Source: Eubacterium limosum (GTDB lineage Bacteria; Bacillota; Clostridia; Eubacteriales; Eubacteriaceae). Taken from it: a DNA stretch of 61,361 bases. Position 1 is the first letter of the stretch. Each line of letters opens with the position of its first letter. Position numbers and translations under genes: made by a program. The stretch is from the NCBI GenBank assembly GCA_959020865.1, contig CAUEUD010000001.1:1-61361 (forward strand), given 5' to 3'. Under the pieces are notes generated by a model. It was not told where the DNA came from. It ran no database searches and saw nothing but the letters and a program-made list of their open reading frames with translations. Of this stretch, positions 10,194-21,110 are shown piece after piece.

Positions 10194-12842
10194 TTACTGA
10201 TTGTAATAGGCCAGGCGTTCCAGCACCTTATCCAGCATTTCCTGGTATTTGCGCTGTTTTTCACGCTCGCCCTCCACGACCTTTTCAGGCGCCTTATCTG
10301 TAAAGCCCTTGTTGGACAGCTTTTTCTCCACACGGTCCAACTCCTTCTCAAGCTTGGCCTTCTCGCCATTCAGACGCTCGATTTCCTTTTCCTTGTCTAC
10401 CAGCTCGTCCATGGACAAAAACAGCTCTGCGTCTTCGACAACAGCGCTCACATAGTTTTCCTGGACATCCTCCTTGACAATGGCGGAGATTCCGGAGACA
10501 GAGGCCAGTTTTTCAAAGTAAACAGCCGACTTAAGCATCAGCTTTCCATGCGCCGCATTGTCTGTGATGACAAAAAGCTGCGTTTTCTTGGCGTTTGGCA
10601 CATCCATCTCGGAACGGATATTGCGGATGCTCTTGATACAGGCCATCAGGAAACGGACATCCTCCTCATCCTGCTTAAAATGCAGGGCTTCGTCGTATTC
10701 CGGCCACTCAGACACAATGATGGCCTCGCCGGCATCGGGCAGGTAGCCATAAATTTCTTCGGTGATAAAGGGAATGACCGGGTGCAGCAGCTTAAGGATG
10801 TTGGTCAGTACCAGGTTCAGAGTGTACTGCGCGGCCGCTTTGGTGGTTTCATCGTCACCGTACAGTCTTGGTTTTACCAGCTCGATATACCAGTCACAGT
10901 ATTCGTTCCAGGCAAAATCGTAAACCTTCTGAGCTGCGATTCCCAGCTCGTATTTATCCATGTTCTGGGTCACATCCCGTACAACGTCGTTCATGCGGCT
11001 CAGAATCCATTTATCAGTATTTTCCAAATTGGCAAGCGCAGCGTCCCGCTGATCCATGATATTTTCATCCAGATTCATCAGCACAAAGCGGGCGGCATTC
11101 CAGATTTTGTTTAAAAAGTTTCTGCTGGCTTCCAGCTTTTCGTCCTGCCAGCGGATATCATTCCCCGCAGAATTCCCTGTGATGATCGAGAAGCGCAGCG
11201 CGTCCGCGGAGAACTGCTCAATGATTTCCAGCGGATCAATGCCGTTGCCCAGAGATTTGCTCATCTTGCGGCCCTGGGAATCACGAATCAGGCCGTGGAT
11301 ATAGACATCGGCGAATGGAACCTCACCCATGTTGTACAGACCCATGAAGATCATGCGGGCAACCCAGAAGAAAATAATATCATAGCCGGTCACCAAGACA
11401 TCGTTGGGATAGAATTTTTCCAGATCCGAGGTTTTCTCCGGCCAGCCCAGGGTTGAGAAGGGCCACAGCGCAGAGCTGAACCAAGTGTCCAGAGCGTTTT
11501 CGTCCTGTGTAAAGTGGGTGCCGCCGCATTTTGGACAAACTGCCGGCATCTCCTTGGCGACAACCATCTCGCCGCAGTCATCACAGTAATAGGCGGGAAT
11601 CTGATGTCCCCACCACAGCTGACGGGAAATACACCAGTCGCGGATATTTTCCATCCAGTTAAAGTAAATCTTACTGAAGCGGTCTGGCACAAACTGGGTG
11701 TCACGATTTCTGACTGCCTCGATGGCGGGTTTTGCCAGAGGCTCCATCTTTACAAACCACTGCTCAGAAGTCATGGTTTCAACGGTAGTGCCACAGCGGT
11801 AGCACTCGCCGACATTGTGGACGTGATCCTCAATTTTTTCAAGCAGACCCAGCGCCTTAAGATCCTCCACAACCGCCTTGCGGCATTCATAGCGGTCCAT
11901 GCCAGCGTATTTTCCAGCCAGCTCGTTCATGGTGCCGTCCTCATTCATGACATTGATCTCTTCAAGGTTATGGCGTTTTCCAACTTCATAGTCATTGGGG
12001 TCATGGGCAGGGGTCATCTTGACCACACCGGTTCCAAATTCCACATCCACATAGTCATCGGCAACTACTGGAATCTCCTTGTTCACCAGCGGCAGGATAA
12101 CGGTTTTGCCCACCAGATCCTTATAGCGTTCATCATTTGGATTGACCGCTACGCCGGAATCGCCCAGCATGGTTTCCGGACGGGTGGTGGCAATGGTAAC
12201 GTAATCGTCGCTGCCCGCGATAGGATAACGGATATGCCACAAATGGCCTGCCTGCTCAGCGTACTCTACCTCCGCATCGGAAAGGGCGGTTTTACAGTCC
12301 GGGCACCAGTTTATAATACGGCTTCCCTTGTAGATCAGGCCCTCTTCGTACAAACGGACAAAGGTTTCCTTGACTGCCTCGCTGCAGCCTTCATCCATGG
12401 TGAAGCGCTCGCGGTCCCAGTCACAGGAGGCGCCCAGCTTTTTAACCTGCTCACGGATGCGGTCCTTATAGGTCAAAGCCCAGTCCCAGGCACGCTTGAG
12501 GAACTCCTCGCGTCCCAGTTCTTCCTTGGTTTTGCCTTCCTCATTACGAATTTTTTCAACGACCTTTACCTCGGTGGCAATGCTGGCGTGGTCCATCCCC
12601 GGCACCCACAGCGCTGCGTAGCCCTGCATTCTCTTGAACCGGGTGAGCACATCCTGAAGGGTGTCGTCAAAGGCGTGGCCCATGTGCAGCTGTCCGGTAA
12701 TATTCGGCGGCGGCATCACAATCGTAAAAGATTTTCCGCCTTGGTGTACCTCTGGCTTAAAATAGTCCTTTTCCTGCCACCAGGCATATATACGGCTTTC
12801 TACGTCCTTCGGATCATAGACTTTTGACATTTCTTTTTTCAA
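10194..12842 (-). CDS. valS: Valine--tRNA ligase
   Basis: PPPNITGQLHMGH, KMSKS, DWCISRQLWWGH, C-terminal coiled coil. Confidence 0.97.
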   Translation of the reverse strand: MKKEMSKVYDPKDVESRIYAWWQEKDYFKPEVHQGGKSFTIVMPPPNITGQLHMGHAFDDTLQDVLTRFKRMQGYAALWVPGMDHASIATEVKVVEKIRNEEGKTKEELGREEFLKRAWDWALTYKDRIREQVKKLGASCDWDRERFTMDEGCSEAVKETFVRLYEEGLIYKGSRIINWCPDCKTALSDAEVEYAEQAGHLWHIRYPIAGSDDYVTIATTRPETMLGDSGVAVNPNDERYKDLVGKTVILPLVNKEIPVVADDYVDVEFGTGVVKMTPAHDPNDYEVGKRHNLEEINVMNEDGTMNELAGKYAGMDRYECRKAVVEDLKALGLLEKIEDHVHNVGECYRCGTTVETMTSEQWFVKMEPLAKPAIEAVRNRDTQFVPDRFSKIYFNWMENIRDWCISRQLWWGHQIPAYYCDDCGEMVVAKEMPAVCPKCGGTHFTQDENALDTWFSSALWPFSTLGWPEKTSDLEKFYPNDVLVTGYDIIFFWVARMIFMGLYNMGEVPFADVYIHGLIRDSQGRKMSKSLGNGIDPLEIIEQFSADALRFSIITGNSAGNDIRWQDEKLEASRNFLNKIWNAARFVLMNLDENIMDQRDAALANLENTDKWILSRMNDVVRDVTQNMDKYELGIAAQKVYDFAWNEYCDWYIELVKPRLYGDDETTKAAAQYTLNLVLTNILKLLHPVIPFITEEIYGYLPDAGEAIIVSEWPEYDEALHFKQDEEDVRFLMACIKSIRNIRSEMDVPNAKKTQLFVITDNAAHGKLMLKSAVYFEKLASVSGISAIVKEDVQENYVSAVVEDAELFLSMDELVDKEKEIERLNGEKAKLEKELDRVEKKLSNKGFTDKAPEKVVEGEREKQRKYQEMLDKVLERLAYYNQ

Positions 12843-12961
12843 TCTGCTTACCTCTCTCTATGCTAAAGTTTTTAAACCACGATAAATTTTTTCGATATTT
12901 TATTATTATACCAAACCATCAGCTATTTTGAAAGGGTGGACTGAAAATTAGTTGTAAAATT

Positions 12962-12996
12962 AAAGACCGCTTCCAAAATGAAAGCGGCCTTTTTTT
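12962..12996. terminator. Intrinsic terminator after fab operon
   Basis: AAAGACCGCTT...AAGCGGCCTTTTTTT hairpin. Confidence 0.7.
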
Positions 12997-12997
12997 A

Positions 12998-13423
12998 TTA
13001 CTGCTGAACCGCGAACATCAGCTCACATTTCACAGCCTTTTCGCCGTCCACGGTTGCCAGCGCATCCGCAAAACCGATCCCCGCCCGAAATCCCTTGAAG
13101 GTGACGTCCAGGGTCAGCTTGTCCCCCGGTATGACCTGACGGTGGATGCGGGCTTTGTTGATGCCTGCAAACAGTGCAATCTTACCCTTGTTTTCCTCTT
13201 TAGACAGTAGCAGCACCGCGCCCGCCTGGGCCAGCGCTTCAATAACCAGAACGCCAGGCATGACATGCTGTTTTGGAAAATGCCCCATAAACTGCATTTC
13301 ATTGGCCGTGACACATTTGACGCCCACGACATGGTCGTCCTCCATCTCAATGATCTGGTCTACCAGTAAAAAAGGATAGCGATGCGGAATAATTTCCTGT
13401 ATCTGATTTGAGTTTAACAGCAT
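12998..13423 (-). CDS. fabZ: 3-hydroxyacyl-ACP dehydratase
   Basis: IPHRYPFLLVD, GHFP, MPGVLVIEALAQ. Confidence 0.95.
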   Translation of the reverse strand: MLLNSNQIQEIIPHRYPFLLVDQIIEMEDDHVVGVKCVTANEMQFMGHFPKQHVMPGVLVIEALAQAGAVLLLSKEENKGKIALFAGINKARIHRQVIPGDKLTLDVTFKGFRAGIGFADALATVDGEKAVKCELMFAVQQ

Positions 13424-13425
13424 TT

Positions 13426-14661
13426 TCAGTCCTCCCATTTCGCAAACGCCAGGGTTGCGTTGTGTCCGCCAAATCCGAAGGAATTGGAGATGGCACAGTG
13501 AATATCCTTTTTCACGCCCTCATTTGGCACCACATTCAGATCGCATTCGGGATCGGGCACCTGATAGTTCAGGGTTGCGGGCACAAAGCCATCCTGAAGG
13601 GCCTTAACAGTGATAACCGCCTCTACAGCCCCGCTGCCGCCCAGCAGATGCCCGGTCATGGACTTGGTAGAGGAAATCATCAGCTCTTTGGCGTGATCGC
13701 CGAAAAGCGCCTTTACTGCGGCTGTTTCACCTTTATCATTCAAGGCAGTGCTGGTGCCGTGGGCATTGATATAATCCACATCGCTAACCGCCAGTTCGCC
13801 GTCCTTCAGCGCATTTTTCATGGATTTTACTGCCCCGCTGCCGTCCTCAAGGGGAGCGGTAATGTGGTGCGCGTCACAGCTGGTGCCATAGCCCACGACT
13901 TCGGCGTAAATCTTCGCGCCTCTGGCCTTTGCGTGCTCCAGCTCCTCGAGCATCAGGATACCAGCCCCTTCGCCCATGACAAAGCCGCTGCGCTCCTTAT
14001 CGAACGGGATGGACGCGCGTCTGGGGTCATCACCGCTGTAAAGCGCGCGCATGGACTGGAAGCCCGCAATGCCGAGGGGCGTGATGGTGGATTCGCTGCC
14101 GCCGGCCGCAATAACGTCCTCGTAGCCAAAACGAATGCGGTGGAAGGCCTCCCCGATGGAATTCGTTCCTGAGGCACAGGCCGTCACACTGCTGGAACAG
14201 ATACCTCTTGCCTGTAAATCAATGGCAATGTTTCCCGGCGCCAGGTTGACAATGGCCATTGGGATAAAAAACGGCGATACCCGGCCCGGTCCCCGGCTGT
14301 TCAGTGTTTCGGTGGATTCCTCAATCTTGCGCAGTCCGCCGACACCAGAGCCCACAATAACGCCAAAGCGGTCACGGTCGAGCCCGGAATCCTCAAGGCC
14401 TGCATCTGCATAGGCCTGTTTGGCTGCAATACGGGCAAACTGCGTAAAGCGTTCGTTAAACTTCATCTCCCGTTTACTGAAATACTGCTCAGTGTCCAGA
14501 TCCTTAACCTCAGCGGCCAGCTTAACCTTGTAGTCACTGGTATCAAAGGCGGTGATCTCGCCCACACCGCAGCGGTTTGCCTTTACACTCTCCCATGTTT
14601 CGTCAAGGGTGTTTCCAATCGGGCAGACAATGCCCATGCCTGTTATCACAACACGTCTCAT
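13426..14661 (-). CDS. fabF: Beta-ketoacyl-ACP synthase II
   Basis: [28 protein letters not shown]. Confidence 0.96.
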   Translation of the reverse strand: MRRVVITGMGIVCPIGNTLDETWESVKANRCGVGEITAFDTSDYKVKLAAEVKDLDTEQYFSKREMKFNERFTQFARIAAKQAYADAGLEDSGLDRDRFGVIVGSGVGGLRKIEESTETLNSRGPGRVSPFFIPMAIVNLAPGNIAIDLQARGICSSSVTACASGTNSIGEAFHRIRFGYEDVIAAGGSESTITPLGIAGFQSMRALYSGDDPRRASIPFDKERSGFVMGEGAGILMLEELEHAKARGAKIYAEVVGYGTSCDAHHITAPLEDGSGAVKSMKNALKDGELAVSDVDYINAHGTSTALNDKGETAAVKALFGDHAKELMISSTKSMTGHLLGGSGAVEAVITVKALQDGFVPATLNYQVPDPECDLNVVPNEGVKKDIHCAISNSFGFGGHNATLAFAKWED

Positions 14662-15395
14662 ATGCTCATACCTCCATCAATACTGAAAACCTGCCCGGTC
14701 ATGTAGCTGCTCTTATCCCCTGCCAGAAAAACGGTCAGGTCGGCCACATCCTGAGTGGTGCCATAACGTTTAAGCGGGATCTGGCTCAGGATCTCTTCCT
14801 GCACCTTTTCGGACAAAGCGCTGCTCATATCGCTCTCGATAAAGCCCGGCGCAATGGCGTTGGCGGTAATATTTCTGGATGCGAGTTCCTTGGCGGTCGT
14901 CTTTGTCAGAGCGATGACCCCTGCCTTGCTGGCCGCATAGTTCGCCTGTCCGGCATTGCCGCCGATACCGACAACTGAAGCCATATTGATGATTTTTCCC
15001 TTCTTTTTCTTCAGCATGACCTTGGATACATGCTGTGTGCAGTTAAAACAGCCTTTGAGATTCGTGTCGATAACCCGGTCAAAGGCTTCTTCCTTCATGC
15101 GCAGGATCAGCGCGTCATCGGTAATACCGGCATTGTTGACCAGCACGTCGATGGTCCCAAACTCAGCGACCACCTGGTCCACCATCGCTTTGACCGCTGC
15201 GTTATCTGCCACGTTGCACTGGCAGATCATGGCACGTACGCCAAAGGCTTCGCATTCTTCTTTAACGGCAGCGGCCTTCTCAGCGTTTCCGTTGTAGTTG
15301 ATGGCTATGTTATAGCCTTCCTTTGCCAGATTCAGAGCAATGGCTCTGCCGATTCCCCGGCTGGCACCGGTGATCAATGCTGTTTTATTTTCCAT
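14658..15395 (-). CDS. fabG: 3-oxoacyl-ACP reductase
   Basis: [19 protein letters not shown] in fab operon. Confidence 0.95.
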   Translation of the reverse strand: MENKTALITGASRGIGRAIALNLAKEGYNIAINYNGNAEKAAAVKEECEAFGVRAMICQCNVADNAAVKAMVDQVVAEFGTIDVLVNNAGITDDALILRMKEEAFDRVIDTNLKGCFNCTQHVSKVMLKKKKGKIINMASVVGIGGNAGQANYAASKAGVIALTKTTAKELASRNITANAIAPGFIESDMSSALSEKVQEEILSQIPLKRYGTTQDVADLTVFLAGDKSSYMTGQVFSIDGGMSI

Positions 15396-15409
15396 TTCTA
15401 TCTCCTGAT

Positions 15410-16327
15410 TTAACGAAGCGCTTTACACACCGCTTCAAAAGTCTCCATATTTTCCACGTTCATCACTTTTACCGACCGGTCAATCTTCTTGACAAAACCG
15501 CTGCATGCCTTGCCCGGACCCACCTCGATAAAGGTATCCACGCCCATGTCAATCATGCGGCGGATGCCCTTTTCAAAATAAACCGAGGAATGAATCTGCT
15601 GTACCAGCACGTCTCTCACAGGCCTTATCTCAACATCGCCGCTCACGTTGGAAACCACCGGGATCGACGGCGTTTTGATCTCAACCGTATCCAGTAAATC
15701 GGAGAGCTCCTTTGAAGCCTCCAGAAGTAATGAGGAATGAAAAGCGCCGCTGACATTAAGCGGCATGACACGCCGCACGCCGCGTTCAAGGAGCAGTGCC
15801 CTGGCCTTTTCTACCGCCGGGGTTTCACCGCTGATCACGATCTGTCCCGGACAGTTATAGTTCGCCACCTCACAGACGCCTAAATCAGAGGCGTCTGTGC
15901 AGGCCTGCTGAATGGTTTCAGCGTCAGCTCCCAGCACTGCCGCCATCATGCCTGTGCCCTTTGGCAGCGCGTGGGCCATGAGCTGGCCTCTTTTGCGTAC
16001 GACCTTCAAAGCGTCCTTCAGCATAAACGCGCCGCCGTAGGTCAGGGCTGTGTACTCGCCAAGGCTCAGCCCTGCGGTAATATCCGGGATAACGCCCTCC
16101 TTTTTCAGGCAGTGCGCCATCACATAGGATGTGATCAGCAGACAGCTCTGAGCGTAGGCGGTATCATTGATCCTGTCCTCCGGCCCTTCAAAGCAGCACC
16201 TGGCCAAGTCAAAATCCAAATCGTTATTTGTATAAAAATCCCGGACCTCTGGAAAAGCATCGTAAAAATCCTTTCCCATGCCTGCTTTCTGGGCACCCTG
16301 TCCGGCAAATAAAAATGCAGTTTTCAT
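15410..16327 (-). CDS. fabD: ACP S-malonyltransferase
   Basis: FAGQGAQ, GLSLGEY, VSGAFHS. Confidence 0.95.
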   Translation of the reverse strand: MKTAFLFAGQGAQKAGMGKDFYDAFPEVRDFYTNNDLDFDLARCCFEGPEDRINDTAYAQSCLLITSYVMAHCLKKEGVIPDITAGLSLGEYTALTYGGAFMLKDALKVVRKRGQLMAHALPKGTGMMAAVLGADAETIQQACTDASDLGVCEVANYNCPGQIVISGETPAVEKARALLLERGVRRVMPLNVSGAFHSSLLLEASKELSDLLDTVEIKTPSIPVVSNVSGDVEIRPVRDVLVQQIHSSVYFEKGIRRMIDMGVDTFIEVGPGKACSGFVKKIDRSVKVMNVENMETFEAVCKALR

Positions 16328-17409
16328 ATTTCCTCCATTAATCCTCTGGCTTCATTCATACAGCTTTCCATGATCTCTCTGACACTGGTCAGCGCCTTCA
16401 TACGGTACGCGTTGGTTCCGCAGAAAAACAGGCCCTTGTCCGCATTCCCCTCAACAGCAGCTATCAGCGCGCTCTGAATACAGTAGGGCGCCTTGGCCGG
16501 ATCGCAGGGCTTCAGACAATCCACACATTTGTCCGGTTGAATACGGCCCTCGCGGGACAGCCGCTCAATCAAAGCTGTTTTCACTGCCCTTCCCGGAAAG
16601 CCGACCGGGCTTTTGACGATTTCGATGTCCTCTTTCTCTGCGTTCAGCAGTACAGCCTTGTAGGCATCCGCTCCGTCACATTCATAGGTTCCGATAAAAC
16701 GGGTAGCCATCTGTACACCGTCCGCGCCCAGCTTCAGAAAACGGGCAATATCCGCTCCGTCGTAGACACCGCCTGCTGCAAAGACAGGAATCTTCCGCCC
16801 AAACTTTTCTTCAAAGCCGGCGGTTTCCTTTTTAACATCCGCGAGAATCTCCTCAAGGGACGGACATTTGCCTTCAAGCAGATCGGCTTCCTTAAATCCA
16901 AGGTGTCCGCCTGCCAGGGGTCCTTCAATGACAATAAAATCTGCGGTACGCCCGTAGTGTTTGTCCCAGGCTCTTAAAATGAGCTTGGCGGCCCGGCCGC
17001 TGGACACAATGGGCGCAATGGCGATGCGGTCATCCTCCACATATTTAGGAAGCTCCAGAGGCAGCCCAGCCCCAACGATAATAGCGTCCACTGCGGCGTC
17101 TGCCGCGGCCCGCACATAGGTCTCAAAATTTTTGAGGGCCGCCATGATATTAACGCCCAAAAGTCCTCTGCCGCCTGCGATCTCACGCGCTTTTTTTACT
17201 TCTCCCGCAAAGCCGCGGATATTGGCAGCCAGGTTGTCCGTCAAGAAGTCGGACTCACGATAGCCTGGATGGGCCATGGATAAAACACCCATGCCGCCGT
17301 TTTTCATCACATTGCCCGCCAGATTCGCGAGGGACACGCCAACGCCCATACCGCCCTGAATAATGGGAATCTCCAGCAGCTTATCTTTAATCTTAACACT
17401 CTGTATCAT
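16324..17409 (-). CDS. Nitronate monooxygenase-family flavoprotein with C-terminal Fe-S motif (FabX-like)
   Basis: PIIQGGMGVGVS, EGPLAGGHLG, CVDCLKPC...YC motif; inside fab operon. Confidence 0.75.
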   Translation of the reverse strand: MIQSVKIKDKLLEIPIIQGGMGVGVSLANLAGNVMKNGGMGVLSMAHPGYRESDFLTDNLAANIRGFAGEVKKAREIAGGRGLLGVNIMAALKNFETYVRAAADAAVDAIIVGAGLPLELPKYVEDDRIAIAPIVSSGRAAKLILRAWDKHYGRTADFIVIEGPLAGGHLGFKEADLLEGKCPSLEEILADVKKETAGFEEKFGRKIPVFAAGGVYDGADIARFLKLGADGVQMATRFIGTYECDGADAYKAVLLNAEKEDIEIVKSPVGFPGRAVKTALIERLSREGRIQPDKCVDCLKPCDPAKAPYCIQSALIAAVEGNADKGLFFCGTNAYRMKALTSVREIMESCMNEARGLMEEI

Positions 17410-18349
17410 AGATCAGTTCCTGACTTTTTTTCTCAAAGGTTTTCTTATCTTCTGCCGCTTCTGACAAAAGTGTGTTGATAATCTGTGAGAAGGGCTTGAC
17501 TTCCTTACACATGGCCGCAACCTGGCCCATCATCAGAGAGCCGTTTTTCACATCGCCCTCCACAACCGCTTTTCTCAGGGAGCCCAGCGTCAGGCGCTCC
17601 ATTTCTTCCAGCTCAATCCCCTCGCGCTCGATTTTCAGATACTCTGTTGTCATGGCGTTTTTCAGAACGCGCACCGGCGCATTCAGGCTTCTGCCTGTCA
17701 CGACAGTATCACGGTCCTTTGCCTTGATCACTGCTTTTTTATAATTTTCGTGGATCGGGCATTCCTCCGCCAGAAGCAGGCAGGTCCCGATCTGAATCCC
17801 CTCTGCTCCCAGGCAAAGCGCAGCGTTCAGCTGTCTGCCGGAAGCGATGCCGCCGGCTGCGATCACAGGTACGTCCACTGCTGCGGCCACCTGCGGGACG
17901 AGGGACATCGTGGTAATATCGCCGATATGTCCGCCGGATTCGGTTCCTTCAGCAATGATGGCGTCCGCTCCGTTCTGTGCCAGCCGCTTGGCCAGTGCAA
18001 CGCTTGCCACCACTGGAAAAACTTTAACACCAGCCTCTTTCAGCGCGTCCAGATATTTGCCCGGATTTCCTGCGCCGGTAGTTACCGCCGCAACCTTTTC
18101 CTCGATTAAAACTGCCATGATATCATCGGAATAGGGGTTCATCAACATGACATTGACGCCAAAGGGCTTGTCGGTCAGCTCACGGCAGCGGCGGACTGCC
18201 GCGCGTGTTTCCTCACCCGTCATGGAACCGCTCGCGATGATGCCAAGACAGCCGGCGTTTGAGGCTACCGCCGCAAATTCCGGTGTGGCAATATTCGCCA
18301 TTGCCCCCTGGATGATGGGATATTTTATGTTCAGTAGTTGATTGATCAA
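17393..18349 (-). CDS. fabK: Enoyl-ACP reductase II
   Basis: PIIQGAMA, EGTESGGHIG, PVIAAGGI; TTG start after AAGGAG. Confidence 0.88.
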   Translation of the reverse strand: MINQLLNIKYPIIQGAMANIATPEFAAVASNAGCLGIIASGSMTGEETRAAVRRCRELTDKPFGVNVMLMNPYSDDIMAVLIEEKVAAVTTGAGNPGKYLDALKEAGVKVFPVVASVALAKRLAQNGADAIIAEGTESGGHIGDITTMSLVPQVAAAVDVPVIAAGGIASGRQLNAALCLGAEGIQIGTCLLLAEECPIHENYKKAVIKAKDRDTVVTGRSLNAPVRVLKNAMTTEYLKIEREGIELEEMERLTLGSLRKAVVEGDVKNGSLMMGQVAAMCKEVKPFSQIINTLLSEAAEDKKTFEKKSQELIYDTEC

Positions 18350-18388
18350 TTTTATACTCCTTGCTACTTTTTATGCATAACATTTATG

Positions 18389-18500
18389 AATGGAAAATTG
18401 AAAATGGAGAATGAAAGAACAAATCGGCAGAACCGATTTGATTATAATCAAATTTGCGGTGCAAATTTGTCCCATAATTTTTCATTTTCAATTTTAAATT
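18389..18500. repeat. Heptamer-armed hairpin element, copy A (symmetric variant)
   Basis: AATGGAA-type arms inverted at both ends; CAAATCGG/CCGATTTG and CAAATTTGC/GCAAATTTG hairpins. Confidence 0.8.
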
Positions 18501-19432
18501 TCGATTAAAGCTCCAGCCCAGGTAAAGCCTGCGCCAAAGCCAGCCATGATCACCTTCATGCCGGGCTTCAGCAGGCCTTTTTCCGCCATCTCCGCATAGG
18601 CGATGGGAATGCTGGCAGAGGAGGTATTGCCGTAACGGTCAATGTTGACATAAACCTTGCTCCGGTCAATCCTGGCCTTTTTAGCCACATAGTCGATGAT
18701 GCGGATGTTTGCCTGGTGCGGGATGATCCAGTCAATGTCGGCGATGGTGAGGCCGGATTTTTCCAGAGCCCTGTCCACTGCCTCTGACATGGCTTTTGTT
18801 GCAAAGCGAAAAACCGCGTTGCCATCCATGGTTACCGGCCGGTGCACTGGCAGCGATTTTGTCTCCAGCGCCCCTGAGGAATCCCCTCTGGCTGCCGCAT
18901 AAAAACAGGACTGCCTGGCCGGGTCTGCCTTTAACACCATAGCTCCGGCGCCATCTCCGAAAAGCACACAGGTACTCCGGTCCTCCCAGTCCAGCACATT
19001 GGAAATCACCTCAGCCCCCACCACACAGGCATGGTTTATCTGTCCTGTTTCCAGCAGGGCTGAAGCCACATTCATGGCGTAGAGATAACCCGAACAGGCT
19101 GCGTTGACATCAAACGCCATCACCGGCAGTTCTTTTATCCCGAGCTTTTCCTGGATCAGGCAGGCGCAGGAGGGCGTGAAATTTTCCGGCGTAAAGGTCG
19201 CGGTGACAATACAGTCAATGTCCTCTGGTTTCAGCCCGGCACGCTCAATGGCTTTGGCTGCCGCCGCATATCCCAGATCCGAGGTGGTCTCATGCGCTGC
19301 GATAAAACGCGCGCCGATTCCGGTACGGCTCCTGATCCACTCGTCGCTGGTATCAACCCTCTTGGCCAGATCATCGTTGGTCACGCAGTTTTCCGGTACG
19401 GAAAAAGCGCTTGATAATATTTGTATTCCCAT
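18494..19432 (-). CDS. fabH: Beta-ketoacyl-ACP synthase III
   Basis: NAACSGY, PHQANIRI, GNTSSAS, GFGAGFTW. Confidence 0.96.
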   Translation of the reverse strand: MGIQILSSAFSVPENCVTNDDLAKRVDTSDEWIRSRTGIGARFIAAHETTSDLGYAAAAKAIERAGLKPEDIDCIVTATFTPENFTPSCACLIQEKLGIKELPVMAFDVNAACSGYLYAMNVASALLETGQINHACVVGAEVISNVLDWEDRSTCVLFGDGAGAMVLKADPARQSCFYAAARGDSSGALETKSLPVHRPVTMDGNAVFRFATKAMSEAVDRALEKSGLTIADIDWIIPHQANIRIIDYVAKKARIDRSKVYVNIDRYGNTSSASIPIAYAEMAEKGLLKPGMKVIMAGFGAGFTWAGALIEI

Positions 19433-19434
19433 TG

Positions 19435-20241
19435 CTACGCTCCTATTTTTCGGAACTTTTCATAGCGTTCTGCTGTCAGCTCCATTGTCTTTTTCCGGCC
19501 CAACGCCTTGAGGTCACGCTCGATCAGAGCGTCCATCTGTGAGACGACGAAATCCACGCACTGCTCCACACCATCTGCCGGTTCACTGATGATTTCATCT
19601 ACAATGCCCTTGCGGTGCAGATCCTGGGCGGTAAGCTCCATGACTTCAGCTGCCTCCTGCACGCGTGAATCGTCCTTCCACAGGATACTCGCAAAGCCTT
19701 CGGGCGACAGCACCGAGTATACCGCATGCTCCATCATATAAATCCGGTCTGCCACACTCAGGGCCAAAGCGCCGCCGCTGCCGCCCTCACCGATAACCAG
19801 GCACAGCACCGGCACTCTGAGGTCTGAAAAAACTTTGAGACATTCGGCAATGGCCGAGGCCTGTCCTCGCTCCTCTGCTCCCCTGCCCGGGTAAGCGCCG
19901 GAGGTGTCCACAAAGGTGATGACTGGCCGTTTAAATTTTTCCGCCTGCTGTGCGAGCCGCAGTGCCTTTCGGTAGCCCTCCGGGTTCATCATTCCAAAGT
20001 TGCGGTCAAGGTTTTCCTGGAGGTTGGTTCCTTTATTCTGTGCCAGAATGGTAACCGGCTGGCCGTGAAAAAAGCCAACGCCCGCCAGAAGCGCCTGATC
20101 ATCACCATACAGACGATCGCCGTGCAGCTCCATAAAGCCGTCAAAGAGCGCGTCTATATAGGCCTGAGCGCGGGTGCGTTCCGGCCGTCTGGCCATCATC
20201 ACCTTGTCCCAGGCCGTCCATTCTTTGTTTTCTTCTGTCAT
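19435..20241 (-). CDS. accA: Acetyl-CoA carboxylase carboxyltransferase alpha
   Basis: LHGDRLYGDD, PEGYRKALR, GEGGSGGALA. Confidence 0.95.
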   Translation of the reverse strand: MTEENKEWTAWDKVMMARRPERTRAQAYIDALFDGFMELHGDRLYGDDQALLAGVGFFHGQPVTILAQNKGTNLQENLDRNFGMMNPEGYRKALRLAQQAEKFKRPVITFVDTSGAYPGRGAEERGQASAIAECLKVFSDLRVPVLCLVIGEGGSGGALALSVADRIYMMEHAVYSVLSPEGFASILWKDDSRVQEAAEVMELTAQDLHRKGIVDEIISEPADGVEQCVDFVVSQMDALIERDLKALGRKKTMELTAERYEKFRKIGA

Positions 20242-21110
20242 CAGCCTCTCCTCTCATGAAGAACCAGCAGCTTTTCGATGGTTGATTTCATCTGGCTGCG
20301 GTGCACAATGGCGTCAATGGCGCCCTTTTCCAGCAAAAACTCTGCCTTCTGGAAATTCTCCGGAAGCTTTTCCTTGATGGTATTCTCAATCACACGCTTG
20401 CCCGCAAAGCCGATAAGGCTGTCCGGCTCAGCGATGAGAATATCCCCGAGCGTCGCAAAGCTGGCGCTGACGCCTCCGGTGGTCGGATTGGTCAGAACAC
20501 TCAGGTAAAAACCGCCGGCTTCTGAAAAACGTTCAAGGGCCGCGCTGGTTTTAACCATCTGCATAAGGGAGACAATTCCTTCCTGCATCCGCGCGCCGCC
20601 GGAGGCGCAGAAGATCACAAGGGGGAGTCTCTTTTTAGTGGCAAGCTCGATCAGGCGTGTAATCCGTTCGCCAACGGCACTGCCCATGCTGGCCATCATA
20701 AAACGGCTGTCCATGACAGCCACAGCTGTCTTTTTGCCTCCAATTTTTCCAATGCCGGTCAGCACTGCCTCAGACATGCCTGTCTGGCGCTGGCAGGAAT
20801 CAATTTTCTCTGTATAGCCTGGAAAAGCGTCGGTATCCGGGTTGACCAGATTTTTATCAATGGCTGAAAAGCTCCCTCTGTCACAGATCTGGCGCACTCT
20901 CTCTCTGGCGCTGAGCTTGTAGTGATAGCCGCATTCAGGGCAGACATACAGGTCATGCATCAGCGATTCGGAGGGGGTACTTGCCTTGCACTTCGGGCAG
21001 GTAATAAACACGTTGTCCGGTATGTCGCGGCCCTGCTTGTCCTTGATGGCGTGGCGCAGTGTCTTGAACAGCGTCAGCTTGTTTTTTCTTTCCTTAAACG
21101 ATTGTTCCAT
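20241..21110 (-). CDS. accD: Acetyl-CoA carboxylase carboxyltransferase beta
   Basis: Zn ribbon CPKC/CPEC, SGGARMQEG, PTTGGVSAS. Confidence 0.95.
   Translation of the reverse strand: MEQSFKERKNKLTLFKTLRHAIKDKQGRDIPDNVFITCPKCKASTPSESLMHDLYVCPECGYHYKLSARERVRQICDRGSFSAIDKNLVNPDTDAFPGYTEKIDSCQRQTGMSEAVLTGIGKIGGKKTAVAVMDSRFMMASMGSAVGERITRLIELATKKRLPLVIFCASGGARMQEGIVSLMQMVKTSAALERFSEAGGFYLSVLTNPTTGGVSASFATLGDILIAEPDSLIGFAGKRVIENTIKEKLPENFQKAEFLLEKGAIDAIVHRSQMKSTIEKLLVLHERRG

Noticed and set aside
11514..12827. 437 aa plus-strand ORF
   Set aside because: Antisense shadow of valS; no RBS or recognisable motifs.
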